A stretch of 46,268 bases of DNA from a virus. Lineage: Duplodnaviria; Caudoviricetes. A program made the position numbers and the translations under genes. Location of the stretch: positions 1-46,268 of IMG/VR virus record IMGVR_UViG_3300046779_000664. One strand, written 5' to 3'. The notes under the pieces are model-generated. The model searched no databases. It saw only the letters and a program-made list of their open reading frames with translations, and was not told the DNA's origin. Positions 20,649 through 29,831 of this stretch are shown piece after piece (position 1 is the first letter of the stretch; each line of letters opens with the position of its first letter).

Positions 20649-22232
20649 ATGAAAGATTTGACCACAATTTCCACTGATTTGTTTAACAAAGTACGTAGCA
20701 GATTCTCCAATGTAAAATTAGGAGATCAAGCAGGCGTAGTTATTACAGACCCTGCAAAGGCACGTTTTTTTGACTTAGACTATACCCACGAAGGTGATAG
20801 TCTAGGACATGTCAATATTAAGATTGACGATAAGAGTTTAACAGTAATTTACAACGAATCTATGGTAGAAGGTCAGCATGCCGATGCTCGTAAACATTGG
20901 TATGATTTCTTAAAAGAATTACGTATGTTTGCCAAGTCAAACATGTTAAATTTTGATACTAGAGATATCACTAAAACAAATTTAGATAAAAGAGATTACG
21001 AATACCTAGCGCAGGAAAACGGAGATACGCAAATGAGTGAAAGTAAACTATGGGGCACTAGCAAGACTAGTTTCCAAGATATGGGTGAAGCAAAGATTAT
21101 TGTTAAACATAGTCAGCCTGTAAACTATAGCATACCAGCAGGACGTACAATGCACATTGAAAGCATTTACATTGAAAATGCACAAGGTGAGCGTTTCCGC
21201 TATCCACATCGTCACTTGAACGGTGCTCGCGCAATGGCAGTTCATGTAGCCAACGGTGGTACTGTATATGACAATATCGGTACACACATTAGCGGACTAA
21301 GCGAAGAACTAGCAAAGTTGCGTCAGTTTAAGAATTACACTCAACGCAATGGCTTACAAGAAGCATTAAGCGATATTTCCGATTTGGTATTAACTCGTAT
21401 CTCAGACATTAAAGAACAAATTTCTAAATTACAACGTCAAAGTTATTATTCAGAATTTGCAGAATCATTTGCACCAACACAAGATTTACCTATTCCAGAA
21501 GAAACAGTTAACACTTGGGTAGATGCACTAACTATCCGTACATTTAACGAAGAACTAAAATCTGTATTCCCATTCATTTACAAACTAACTAATCAACCAA
21601 AAGAAGTTGGTTACGAAGACTTAGTAGGCGAAGGCAAAGGCGAATACTGTGACGCATGTGACCGTCCAAAGAAAGAATGTGTATGCGACGAAGAGCTAGA
21701 AGAACACAATCATCTAGGAGACTTTGAGCAACATTTGGACGCTATTACATCTTTTGACTATGATGTGCAAGAACAAGATGCTGTAGTAGTTCCCGAAGAA
21801 AGTACAGAAAGTGAAGTAACAATTAACGGTAAGGTTGTTGACTTAGACAGTTTAGAAGTTGACGGAATTGATCACGACGATCACCCAGATTACAGCGATG
21901 CTTACTTTAGTTATGGACAATTTGTTGACGGATCAGAGATGTCCGACGATGAACTTGAAACACTAACTGACCAAGAAAGATGGTTAGTACACGAGATGGT
22001 ATTTGACAGAATCTATGAAACTGGCGAACCAATGCAACAAGTACAGCAACCTAGCACACGCGACATCATCGAGTTTATCGTAAGCATGTATGACCAACAA
22101 ACCGGAACTTTCCCAAAGGGAGAAGAAGGTGTCAAGATTGCTGTTGAAAAACGATTCGGTGATAATGCAGGACAGTTTGCAAATCAAGTAGTCGAACGTT
22201 TAAGTGCTAAGAACCAACTTGGAAGCATGTAA
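20649..22232 (+). CDS. Hypothetical phage protein, probably virion-associated, modular acidic C-terminus
   Basis: 527-aa ORF behind a TAAATA motif; IENAQGERFRYP..HL.GARAMA.H core. Confidence 0.65.
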   Translation: MKDLTTISTDLFNKVRSRFSNVKLGDQAGVVITDPAKARFFDLDYTHEGDSLGHVNIKIDDKSLTVIYNESMVEGQHADARKHWYDFLKELRMFAKSNMLNFDTRDITKTNLDKRDYEYLAQENGDTQMSESKLWGTSKTSFQDMGEAKIIVKHSQPVNYSIPAGRTMHIESIYIENAQGERFRYPHRHLNGARAMAVHVANGGTVYDNIGTHISGLSEELAKLRQFKNYTQRNGLQEALSDISDLVLTRISDIKEQISKLQRQSYYSEFAESFAPTQDLPIPEETVNTWVDALTIRTFNEELKSVFPFIYKLTNQPKEVGYEDLVGEGKGEYCDACDRPKKECVCDEELEEHNHLGDFEQHLDAITSFDYDVQEQDAVVVPEESTESEVTINGKVVDLDSLEVDGIDHDDHPDYSDAYFSYGQFVDGSEMSDDELETLTDQERWLVHEMVFDRIYETGEPMQQVQQPSTRDIIEFIVSMYDQQTGTFPKGEEGVKIAVEKRFGDNAGQFANQVVERLSAKNQLGSM

Positions 22233-22807
22233 TGAGAGCTCGCGAATTTGTAACTGAAACAGAACAATTAAACGAATGGGTCGCAGTTGCGGCTCGTGGA
22301 TTATTTTCTGCCGGAGCCCAAATTTTTAAAATTCTAACTTATTATTGGTTAGTAACCGACTTTGCTGATGTTGTAAAAATCATCTACAAGATGTTTAGTA
22401 AAGGTCCGGAACAACTAGATATGGATGAATGGTTTTCACTTGGAATTTATATATTGATGTTGAAGTTCCAGTGGGCTGGCATCAAAGCAGATATTAAGTA
22501 TGCGAAGGAATTGGCTGCAAAGGTTAAGGAAATGAATCCGGAGATGGCCAAAAAGATTAGTGATACTACAAAACAAGGATTCGAACAAGCCAAGGCTAAG
22601 TCCGGTGCATCTGCTGATTCAAAAGGTGTTTCTATTACACAGAAACCAGCAGGACAAAAGCCTGCACGTTCTCCAGAAGAAATTGCAGACATGAAAGCCA
22701 AAGGCTACGATCCAGAAACAGGTATGAAGATTCAACCCACTGCCCCAGGTGACTTAAAAACACAAGCACAAGCGGCCGCCCAGCGTTTTAAAGAATCGGT
22801 AAAATAA
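22232..22807 (+). CDS. Hypothetical protein with MRAREFVTE leader and hydrophobic segments
   Basis: TAATG coupling to the previous gene; two hydrophobic stretches then a Lys/Ala-rich tail. Confidence 0.6.
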   Translation: MRAREFVTETEQLNEWVAVAARGLFSAGAQIFKILTYYWLVTDFADVVKIIYKMFSKGPEQLDMDEWFSLGIYILMLKFQWAGIKADIKYAKELAAKVKEMNPEMAKKISDTTKQGFEQAKAKSGASADSKGVSITQKPAGQKPARSPEEIADMKAKGYDPETGMKIQPTAPGDLKTQAQAAAQRFKESVK

Positions 22808-22832
22808 TATCACATTTAGAGCATCATTGCTC

Positions 22833-22876
22833 TTGCAAGACTAAATAAAAACGCATATTATAGCAATATGCGTTTT
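22833..22876 (+). promoter_or_regulatory. Composite promoter for ssb: sigma70-type plus TAAATA, overlapped by a 13-bp inverted repeat
   Basis: TTGCAA-17 nt-TATTAT with TAAATA in the spacer; AAAAACGCATATT-ATAGC-AATATGCGTTTTT. Confidence 0.6.
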
Positions 22877-22939
22877 TTACTTTACATAGGTTGTAAAGTA
22901 ACTAAGGCAAATAAAAGGCATATTAAAAGGAGAAATATT

Positions 22940-23908
22940 ATGGCCACATTAGCAGAAATCCGCGCCAAACTACAGGCACAAGAAACACGTTCAAGCGGCG
23001 GTGACCGCCCCGTTGGTGACAACGCAATCTATCCGTTCTGGAACCTAGAACAAAACAAAGAATCCACAGTACGCTTCCTACCAGATGGTAATGGTGATAA
23101 CACCTTCTTCTGGGCAGAACGTCTTATGATTAAATTACCATTCGCTGGTATTAAGGGCGAAACAGACAGTAAGCCAGTTCAAGTTCAAGTTCCTTGTATG
23201 GAGATGTATGGTGAGACTTGTCCAATTCTTTCAGAAGTCCGCGGTTGGTTCAAGGATAAATCCTTAGAAGACTTAGGTCGTAAATATTGGAAGAAGCGTA
23301 GTTACATTTTCCAAGGTTTCGTTGTAGAAGATGGTTTGAAAGAAGATTCTACTCCAGAAAACCCAATTCGCCGATTCATTATCGGTCCACAGATTTTCCA
23401 ACTAATCAAGTCAGCACTTGTTGATCCAGAGTTAGAAGAATTGCCAACAGACTTTAGTCGTGGCGTTGACTTCAAACTTGTTAAGACTAGCAAGGGTGGT
23501 TACGCAGACTATTCTACTAGTAAGTGGAGTCGTCGTGAGCGTCCATTAACTGACGCAGAACTTGATGCAGTTAAAGCACATGGCTTGTTTAACTTAAATG
23601 ACTTCTTGCCTAAGAAGCCAGGCGATGTTGAACTTAAAGTTATTAAGGAAATGTTCCAAGCATCAGTTGACGGTGAGCCGTTTGACAAAGATGCATGGGG
23701 TCAATATTTCCGTCCAGCAGGTATGGGTGCTGTTACAGGTGACCCAGTTAGCTCTAGTGCTACTGCTGACCACAACGTCGATCCAGACGAGCCAGTAAGT
23801 GCTCCTAAAGTTAGTGCTCCAGCACCAAAAGCCGAAACATCTGCACCAGCGGCAGGTGGACGTGCGGAAGACATCCTAGCGATGATCCGTAATCGTCAAA
23901 AGCAGTAA
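22940..23908 (+). CDS. Single-stranded DNA-binding protein (T4 gp32-like)
   Basis: VRFLP, C.E.YGE.CP, G.DFKL.K...GGY.DY..S motifs; start set to ATG 22940 after AAGGAG. Confidence 0.9.
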   Translation: MATLAEIRAKLQAQETRSSGGDRPVGDNAIYPFWNLEQNKESTVRFLPDGNGDNTFFWAERLMIKLPFAGIKGETDSKPVQVQVPCMEMYGETCPILSEVRGWFKDKSLEDLGRKYWKKRSYIFQGFVVEDGLKEDSTPENPIRRFIIGPQIFQLIKSALVDPELEELPTDFSRGVDFKLVKTSKGGYADYSTSKWSRRERPLTDAELDAVKAHGLFNLNDFLPKKPGDVELKVIKEMFQASVDGEPFDKDAWGQYFRPAGMGAVTGDPVSSSATADHNVDPDEPVSAPKVSAPAPKAETSAPAAGGRAEDILAMIRNRQKQ

Positions 23909-23917
23909 TCAGTAATA

Positions 23918-23939
23918 AAGGGGACTTAGTGTCCCCTTC
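23918..23939 (+). terminator. Hairpin / weak terminator after ssb
   Basis: AAGGGGAC-TTAGT-GTCCCCTT, short T-tract. Confidence 0.55.
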
Positions 23940-23966
23940 TATAACTATAAGGTATAAGGAGATAAC

Positions 23967-25037
23967 ATGGCATCAAAGGCATTTGACCTTTCTAAATTTA
24001 GAAAAACATTAACAAAAAGTATCGATGGACTTAGTGTAGGTTTCCAAGATCCAACAGATTGGGTTAGCACCGGTAACTATGCACTGAACTATCTTATTAG
24101 TGGTGATTTCCATAAAGGTGTACCACTAGGTAAGGTTACCGTATTTGCAGGTGAGTCTGGCGCAGGTAAATCTTACATTTGTTCCGGTAACTTAGTTAAA
24201 GAAGCACAAGCACAAGGTATCTACGTCGTATTAATTGATTCCGAGAACGCTCTTGACGAAGCATGGCTACACGCATTAGGTGTAGACACTAGTGAAGAAA
24301 AACTTCTTAAGCTCAACATGGCAATGATTGATGACGTTGCTAAAACTATCAACGAGTTCATGAAAGAATACAAGGCAATGGAAGACCGTCCAAAAGTCTT
24401 GTTTGTAATTGATTCGCTTGGTATGTTGCTAACCCCAACAGACGTTAACCAGTTTGAAGCAGGTGATTTGAAAGGTGACATGGGTCGTAAACCTAAAGCA
24501 CTTACAGCACTTGTTCGTAACTGTGTAAACATGTTTGGTTCAGCAAACGTTGGATTGGTTGCTACTAACCACACATACGCTAGCCAAGATATGTTTGATC
24601 CAGATGATAAAATTTCTGGCGGACAGGGCTTTATCTATGCGTCTAGTATTGTTGTTGCTATGCGTAAGTTGAAGTTAAAAGAAGACGAAGACGGTAACAA
24701 AGTCACTGAAGTAAAAGGTATTCGTGCGGCCTGTAAGGTTATGAAAACACGCTATGCAAAACCATTTGAAAGTGTGCAAGTAAAGATTCCTTATGAAACA
24801 GGTATGAATCCATACAGTGGTTGCGTCGACTTATTCGAAGCAAAGGGTTTTCTACAAAAAGACGGCAACAGACTTAAATACGTGGCCGGCGATGGTAGCG
24901 AACTCAAGTTGTATCGTAAAGAGTGGGAGCGCAACGAAGAAGGATGCCTTGACAAAGTTATGGTTGACTTCTCTTCAAATCCTAATGTAAAATCTACTAT
25001 CGACCAAGAGACTGGAGAGATTTTAGAAAATGCTTAA
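23967..25037 (+). CDS. uvsX: RecA-like recombinase UvsX
   Basis: STGNYALN..ISG, Walker A GESGAGKS, IDSENA, VIDSLGML, NHTY, SGG motifs. Confidence 0.93.
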   Translation: MASKAFDLSKFRKTLTKSIDGLSVGFQDPTDWVSTGNYALNYLISGDFHKGVPLGKVTVFAGESGAGKSYICSGNLVKEAQAQGIYVVLIDSENALDEAWLHALGVDTSEEKLLKLNMAMIDDVAKTINEFMKEYKAMEDRPKVLFVIDSLGMLLTPTDVNQFEAGDLKGDMGRKPKALTALVRNCVNMFGSANVGLVATNHTYASQDMFDPDDKISGGQGFIYASSIVVAMRKLKLKEDEDGNKVTEVKGIRAACKVMKTRYAKPFESVQVKIPYETGMNPYSGCVDLFEAKGFLQKDGNRLKYVAGDGSELKLYRKEWERNEEGCLDKVMVDFSSNPNVKSTIDQETGEILENA

Positions 25038-25281
25038 CGAAGACCACATTGTTGATATTTGGACTGGACTAAAAGAATTTTTCGATAAAAAGCAAATCGA
25101 AACTGTAGCATCTAAGTATGTTGATATTCTAGCAGACAATGGTGTACAGGACCATGTATTCAAAGCCGCCATCGGCGGTGATGAAGATTTGGATGCCGCA
25201 ATCGAATATTATCTCGATGACTGGGACGGAGAAGACGAAGCGGAAACGGACTACGGTTCGGAAGATTGGGACGAGGAATAA
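25030..25281 (+). CDS. Small acidic hypothetical protein
   Basis: Fills the gap between uvsX and uvsY; overlaps the uvsX stop. Confidence 0.7.
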   Translation: MLNEDHIVDIWTGLKEFFDKKQIETVASKYVDILADNGVQDHVFKAAIGGDEDLDAAIEYYLDDWDGEDEAETDYGSEDWDEE

Positions 25282-25737
25282 GTGGGTTGGTATAATGACG
25301 TTGCAAGGGATATAAGTAATATCCCAGATGCTGTAGCATATTTCGAGGCAGAATTACAAGCCGCAAAATATGAATGCCGTATAACGGGAAACTTAGAAAA
25401 AGCCGCGGCAAGTATGCCAGGTATCGTAGAACAGCGTTATAACCAACTACAGGAAATAGAGGCTATTCTTGAGTATTTGAATATAGAATTACGCAGACTT
25501 AAGAGTAGCCATTTCCGCAAATACTTAGAAAACTATGCTCGTGCCCTTAGCAGTAGAGATGTAGAAAAGTATGTAGAAGGTGAAGCAGATGTAGTTGATA
25601 TGGAAAAGATTATCAACGAGTTTGCACTACTACGTAACAAGTGGTTAGGTATTACTAAAGCACTTGATCAAAAACAGTGGCAAATGACTAACATAGTCAA
25701 ACTTCGTGTAGCAGGTATGGAAGACGCCACACTATAA
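25282..25737 (+). CDS. uvsY: Recombination mediator UvsY-like
   Basis: Helical 151-aa protein, DVEKYVEGEADV...KALDQKQWQMTNIVKLR..G; GTG start after GAGGA. Confidence 0.78.
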   Translation: MGWYNDVARDISNIPDAVAYFEAELQAAKYECRITGNLEKAAASMPGIVEQRYNQLQEIEAILEYLNIELRRLKSSHFRKYLENYARALSSRDVEKYVEGEADVVDMEKIINEFALLRNKWLGITKALDQKQWQMTNIVKLRVAGMEDATL

Positions 25738-25772
25738 AATAGATAGGTCCATAATGGTTAAATACTACTATT

Positions 25773-26459
25773 ATGCGACCTATTCCTATTTTTATCGGTT
25801 ACGACCCTAGAGAAGCAATAGCATACCACGTATGCGTTAACAGTATTATTAGACACTCAAGTGTTCCTGTTAGCATCATTCCTCTAGCATTAAACAACTT
25901 TAAAGATTATACCGAAACACACACAGACGGTAGTAATCAATTCATTTATAGTAGATTCTTAGTTCCGTACTTAATGAGTTTCACTGGCCATGCTATATTC
26001 ATGGACGGCGATATGATTGTACGCGGAGATATAGCAGAGTTATGGGCTTTGCGAGAAATGAGTAAGGATGTACAAGTAGTTAAACATGATTACAAAACTC
26101 GTATGCCTGTAAAGTACTTAGGTGCAAAGAACGAAGACTATCCACGCAAGAACTGGTCAAGTGTAATGTTGTTTAACTGTAGCAACTTCCCAACAAAGAA
26201 ACTTACGCCAGAATACATTCAAAAATCCACCGGCGCACACTTACATAGATTTGAATGGACCGACAATAGTCGTGTTGGCGAATTGCCTAAAGAATGGAAT
26301 TGGTTACCCGACGAGTATGGTCCAAATCCTGATGCAAAACTTTTACACTATACATTAGGTACGCCTTGCTTCCACGAGTTTGCAGATACTCCACAAGGCA
26401 ATGAGTGGCATCGTGAACGCATACTAACAGAATACTGTCAACAGAGAGATATAGAATGA
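25773..26459 (+). CDS. GT-A fold glycosyltransferase (GT8-like)
   Basis: IFIGYD.RE, F..SRFLVP, DGD (DxD), RKNWSS, LP.EWNW, LHYT.G.P. Confidence 0.85.
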   Translation: MRPIPIFIGYDPREAIAYHVCVNSIIRHSSVPVSIIPLALNNFKDYTETHTDGSNQFIYSRFLVPYLMSFTGHAIFMDGDMIVRGDIAELWALREMSKDVQVVKHDYKTRMPVKYLGAKNEDYPRKNWSSVMLFNCSNFPTKKLTPEYIQKSTGAHLHRFEWTDNSRVGELPKEWNWLPDEYGPNPDAKLLHYTLGTPCFHEFADTPQGNEWHRERILTEYCQQRDIE

Positions 26460-27514
26460 TTATACCTATAGCATTAGCAAAGGAACAAGCGCACGAACAA
26501 TACCAAGGAAACGATTATATACAATCGGTTAAAAACAACGCAAGCGCAGCATTGAAATTATACTATGAAGTTGAATCTCTAAAAATAAAATACAAAAAAG
26601 CTCTATCATCTTCAACTCCAAGTAAAACAGAAAAACTTCAAACTAAAGAATTAGATGTTTACTTACGAGAAAAAGACAGTCAGTTATCGAGATTAATTAA
26701 ATGGTCAGACATTCCGGCCATGACTATGATATCGTTTCCGGATGCTGACATCCGTTCGTATGTAGAATTTAAACAGTTTAGAGATACAATTGACAAGCCT
26801 ATACTAGTTCGTGGCATTGCTGCCGGAAGTTTCATCGACTTTGCAAGAGAAAAAGGATTAGATTATTACTTTATTGAAACAGGGTATTTTGGAAATTACA
26901 GTTGCGAAGGCAATCCTAATGCTAGAAAATTGTGGCATCGTATTGTAAAGAACTCAATGCAACATGATAAAATTTATGATGTACCTGGAGATCGATGGGA
27001 AGCCATGTGCCAGTACGATACAAGGTTACAGTGGAAAGGCTGGAAGAAAAATGGTAGCAAAATCTTATTAGTTGCACCAAGTGAAAAACCGTGTAAGTAT
27101 TACGGAATAGATGATAAAGCATGGGTACAACAGACTATTAATGAATTAAGAAAATATACTGACAGGGAAATCATTGTTAGAGAAAAAGGTAGTAGAGCAG
27201 AAAGAACCTCTCAAAATATAATCTACGATGCGTTTGACCAAGACATATATGCTGTTGTAACATATAATAGTATAGCAGCCGCCGAATCAGTTGCGTACGG
27301 TATTCCTGCATTTGCACTTGCTCCTACTGCGGCGGCACCTGTATGTTTAAATGACTTATCTAAAATCGAAACACCGTACTACCCAGACGAAGAATTTGTT
27401 TATAAGTGGCTAAGTTCTTTAGCATACGGTCAATTTCACGTACATGAATTATTAACAGGCAATGCTTGGAGAATGGTTTTAGAAAATGAGCAACGAGAAA
27501 CCATTAGTTATTAA
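26456..27514 (+). CDS. Putative GT-B glycosyltransferase, capsule biosynthesis (KpsC/KpsS)-like
   Basis: YFIETGYF, TDREIIVREK, AVVTYNSIAAAESVAYGIP, W...LAYGQF. Confidence 0.6.
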   Translation: MIIPIALAKEQAHEQYQGNDYIQSVKNNASAALKLYYEVESLKIKYKKALSSSTPSKTEKLQTKELDVYLREKDSQLSRLIKWSDIPAMTMISFPDADIRSYVEFKQFRDTIDKPILVRGIAAGSFIDFAREKGLDYYFIETGYFGNYSCEGNPNARKLWHRIVKNSMQHDKIYDVPGDRWEAMCQYDTRLQWKGWKKNGSKILLVAPSEKPCKYYGIDDKAWVQQTINELRKYTDREIIVREKGSRAERTSQNIIYDAFDQDIYAVVTYNSIAAAESVAYGIPAFALAPTAAAPVCLNDLSKIETPYYPDEEFVYKWLSSLAYGQFHVHELLTGNAWRMVLENEQRETISY

Positions 27515-28436
27515 GAGCTACCTTAGTAGTTTACCAACGCACATCAACGGCGAAGAAAAAATAAATGCACTGACATATTTTGCCGAAGGCGCCAACAAGT
27601 GTGGAGACATTGCCACCACTACACGGTCGCAGATATATGAATCTTGTGACGTCGGCGCAATCATTGGAAATGCGTTTGATGCAAACCCAAGTAAAGTTCG
27701 ATTATCGCACTATAAAGTTCGCAAAATGGTAATGGATACACAAACTAGTCTAGGAAAGTATTGGCTAAGTGTTGATAGCAATGTATTCATCTACAAGAAC
27801 AAATTGAATCCTCATAGATACTTGCGCTATAGTTTTAACGGAGTATTTCCTGCTACCGGCATTTATTGTAATGAAAATCCAGGTAACGAGAATTGGAACA
27901 ATATAAAGCGTGACTATAATATGGACTTGGCTCCGTGGCGAAAGAACGGAAATCATATTCTTATAACACTCCAACGTCCTATGGGCTGGAGTATGCGTGG
28001 CTACAACTTAATGCAATGGCTAAACGAAACATTTACTAAAATAAGAACGTATTCTGACAGGCCAATAATTATTCGCTGGCATCCCGGGGATTGGAAAAAT
28101 ATTAACTTGTATATGCCAATGCTTAAACAATATAAAGCAATTATTAGCCCACAAGACAGACATATTACACAAGATTTAGTAGACTGTTGGGCACTAGTAT
28201 GTCATAACAGTACTCCTAGTGCCGTTGGGCCCATGGAAGGAATACCTGCGTTTATAACAGACGATCCTAGTTACAGTCAGGGTGGAGATGTTGCTAATAC
28301 AGATTTCAGTTTACTAGAAAATCCAAAACTTGTCGATAGAGAATTATGGATTCGTAAACTAGCACAATGTCATTGGAGTTTTGCAGACCTAAGAAGCGGA
28401 CGTTGTTGGGCGCACATGCGTCAGTGGGTTAAGTAA
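27486..28436 (+). CDS. Putative GT-B glycosyltransferase, KpsC/KpsS-like
   Basis: ILITLQ, SDRPIIIRWHP, LVCHNS......MEGIP, W...LAQCHW. Confidence 0.65.
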   Translation: MSNEKPLVIKSYLSSLPTHINGEEKINALTYFAEGANKCGDIATTTRSQIYESCDVGAIIGNAFDANPSKVRLSHYKVRKMVMDTQTSLGKYWLSVDSNVFIYKNKLNPHRYLRYSFNGVFPATGIYCNENPGNENWNNIKRDYNMDLAPWRKNGNHILITLQRPMGWSMRGYNLMQWLNETFTKIRTYSDRPIIIRWHPGDWKNINLYMPMLKQYKAIISPQDRHITQDLVDCWALVCHNSTPSAVGPMEGIPAFITDDPSYSQGGDVANTDFSLLENPKLVDRELWIRKLAQCHWSFADLRSGRCWAHMRQWVK

Positions 28437-29034
28437 GTTTTTTGTAAATGTAATCGTGTTTGATACTATCGACTAATTCATATCCCCAACTAATTAGTAA
28501 TTTGTTTATTTCAGGATTTTTCTTTTCTTGTTCTATAACTAATACAGGATAAGATTGTTTTATATATTTTTCTGAACCTAAAAGAACATAGTACTCGAAA
28601 CCTTCTACATCTATTTTAATAAAATCAGCAGGCGGTAAATTTAAACTATCTAATGTTACTACTTGTACCGTTACATCGCCTGTTTCAGATATATGTGTTT
28701 TTCCATAGTTTTCAAAGTCACGTTGCATTCTGAGTACACCGGACTTATTGCCTAATGCACATTGATGAATACTAGTAGTTGGTGCATTGATCTTTAAATA
28801 TTCACAATGATCGTCTATTGGTTCTATAGCATAATTACGTTTAAACTTTTTTTCTAAACTATGACTCCATAGTCCAAAGTTAGCACCAATATCCACACTA
28901 ACATTAAATTTATCAACATAAGACAACGCTAAGTTTCTTATATTTTCTTGATAACCTGCTCCATTATTTCTAATAATAAATTTAGAAAAATGTTCTTCGT
29001 CGTCTGGTAACCAATATCCGTGACAGTTTTTCAT
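28429..29034 (-). CDS. FkbM-family SAM-dependent methyltransferase
   Basis: VDIGANFG.W, IEP, ALG, TLDS, DFIKIDVEGFE, P.L.IE. Confidence 0.9.
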   Translation of the reverse strand: MKNCHGYWLPDDEEHFSKFIIRNNGAGYQENIRNLALSYVDKFNVSVDIGANFGLWSHSLEKKFKRNYAIEPIDDHCEYLKINAPTTSIHQCALGNKSGVLRMQRDFENYGKTHISETGDVTVQVVTLDSLNLPPADFIKIDVEGFEYYVLLGSEKYIKQSYPVLVIEQEKKNPEINKLLISWGYELVDSIKHDYIYKKLT

Positions 29035-29816
29035 TTGTATAAATTTTGCTCTCTTTTAAAAACTTCTAGCTCTTTGCGTTTGCCTTTAGCACTCCAGATA
29101 GAACTTTCAGGACGCATAGCCCAGTCTATATACGCCATTGGTAGCAATCCTTTGTTAAATTTTTTAACTAAGATGTCCAATACAAACTGATCCAAGAACC
29201 AATATAAGTCATCGTTCTCTATACTAGTTTTAATTTCACTAGCATACGATTTTAAAAATTCATCCGACTTTAGTGAATCATTAAACAATATTGCACCTGC
29301 TAAGTGTGTGCCGTCTTTAGGTTTTTCATACAAGTGAAAGTCTGCTGTTGGCAATTTATATGAAAATGGTTTTCTAACTAATCCGTCTACATCTATTGCT
29401 AGGCAATATTGTGATTGTTGTTTAATTTCAGCAAGTCTTATAAATCTAGTGCAAGCAAAATATGTTTGTCTAACTAATTTTAATAATTCTACAGGTCCAA
29501 GCGTTTCGCCTTTCTTCCTCATCTGACGTTGTCTGTCATTTGTAAAATCTGTTCGTTTATACCACAAATCTCTGATAGATTCGAAAACTTTATCGTCGAT
29601 GTACTCGTAAGTACAAGAAACATTTGTCTTATTACAAAATTCTAGTTGGTCTGGACGTGGATTGTAGATATGTATATGCACACCGTAGCCCGGAGTATTT
29701 TTTAAAACGCTATTGATTAAAGGTTTTGCATATAAGTCAAAATACTTTTCATCTGCCGCGGCATAAATGAAGAAATTTTGTTGATCTAGTTTTCCTTGTA
29801 GTGGCGGTATAATCAT
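29031..29816 (-). CDS. Putative GT-A nucleotide-diphospho-sugar transferase
   Basis: AADEKYF, Y.ACTRF, IDVDG (DxD), AGA, WFLDQ, W.AKG.RK. Confidence 0.55.
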   Translation of the reverse strand: MIIPPLQGKLDQQNFFIYAAADEKYFDLYAKPLINSVLKNTPGYGVHIHIYNPRPDQLEFCNKTNVSCTYEYIDDKVFESIRDLWYKRTDFTNDRQRQMRKKGETLGPVELLKLVRQTYFACTRFIRLAEIKQQSQYCLAIDVDGLVRKPFSYKLPTADFHLYEKPKDGTHLAGAILFNDSLKSDEFLKSYASEIKTSIENDDLYWFLDQFVLDILVKKFNKGLLPMAYIDWAMRPESSIWSAKGKRKELEVFKREQNLYK

Positions 29817-29828
29817 GTAAATATTTAC
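29817..29828. promoter_or_regulatory. Palindromic bidirectional TAAATA promoter
   Basis: Perfect palindrome GTAAATATTTAC fills most of the 15-bp gap between divergent ATGs at 29816 (-) and 29832 (+). Confidence 0.7.
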
Positions 29829-29831
29829 CGT

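Noticed and set aside
22868-22939. N-terminal extension of SSB given in the ORF track
   Set aside because: That ATG lies inside the promoter hairpin; the AAGGAG-led ATG at 22940 is the better start
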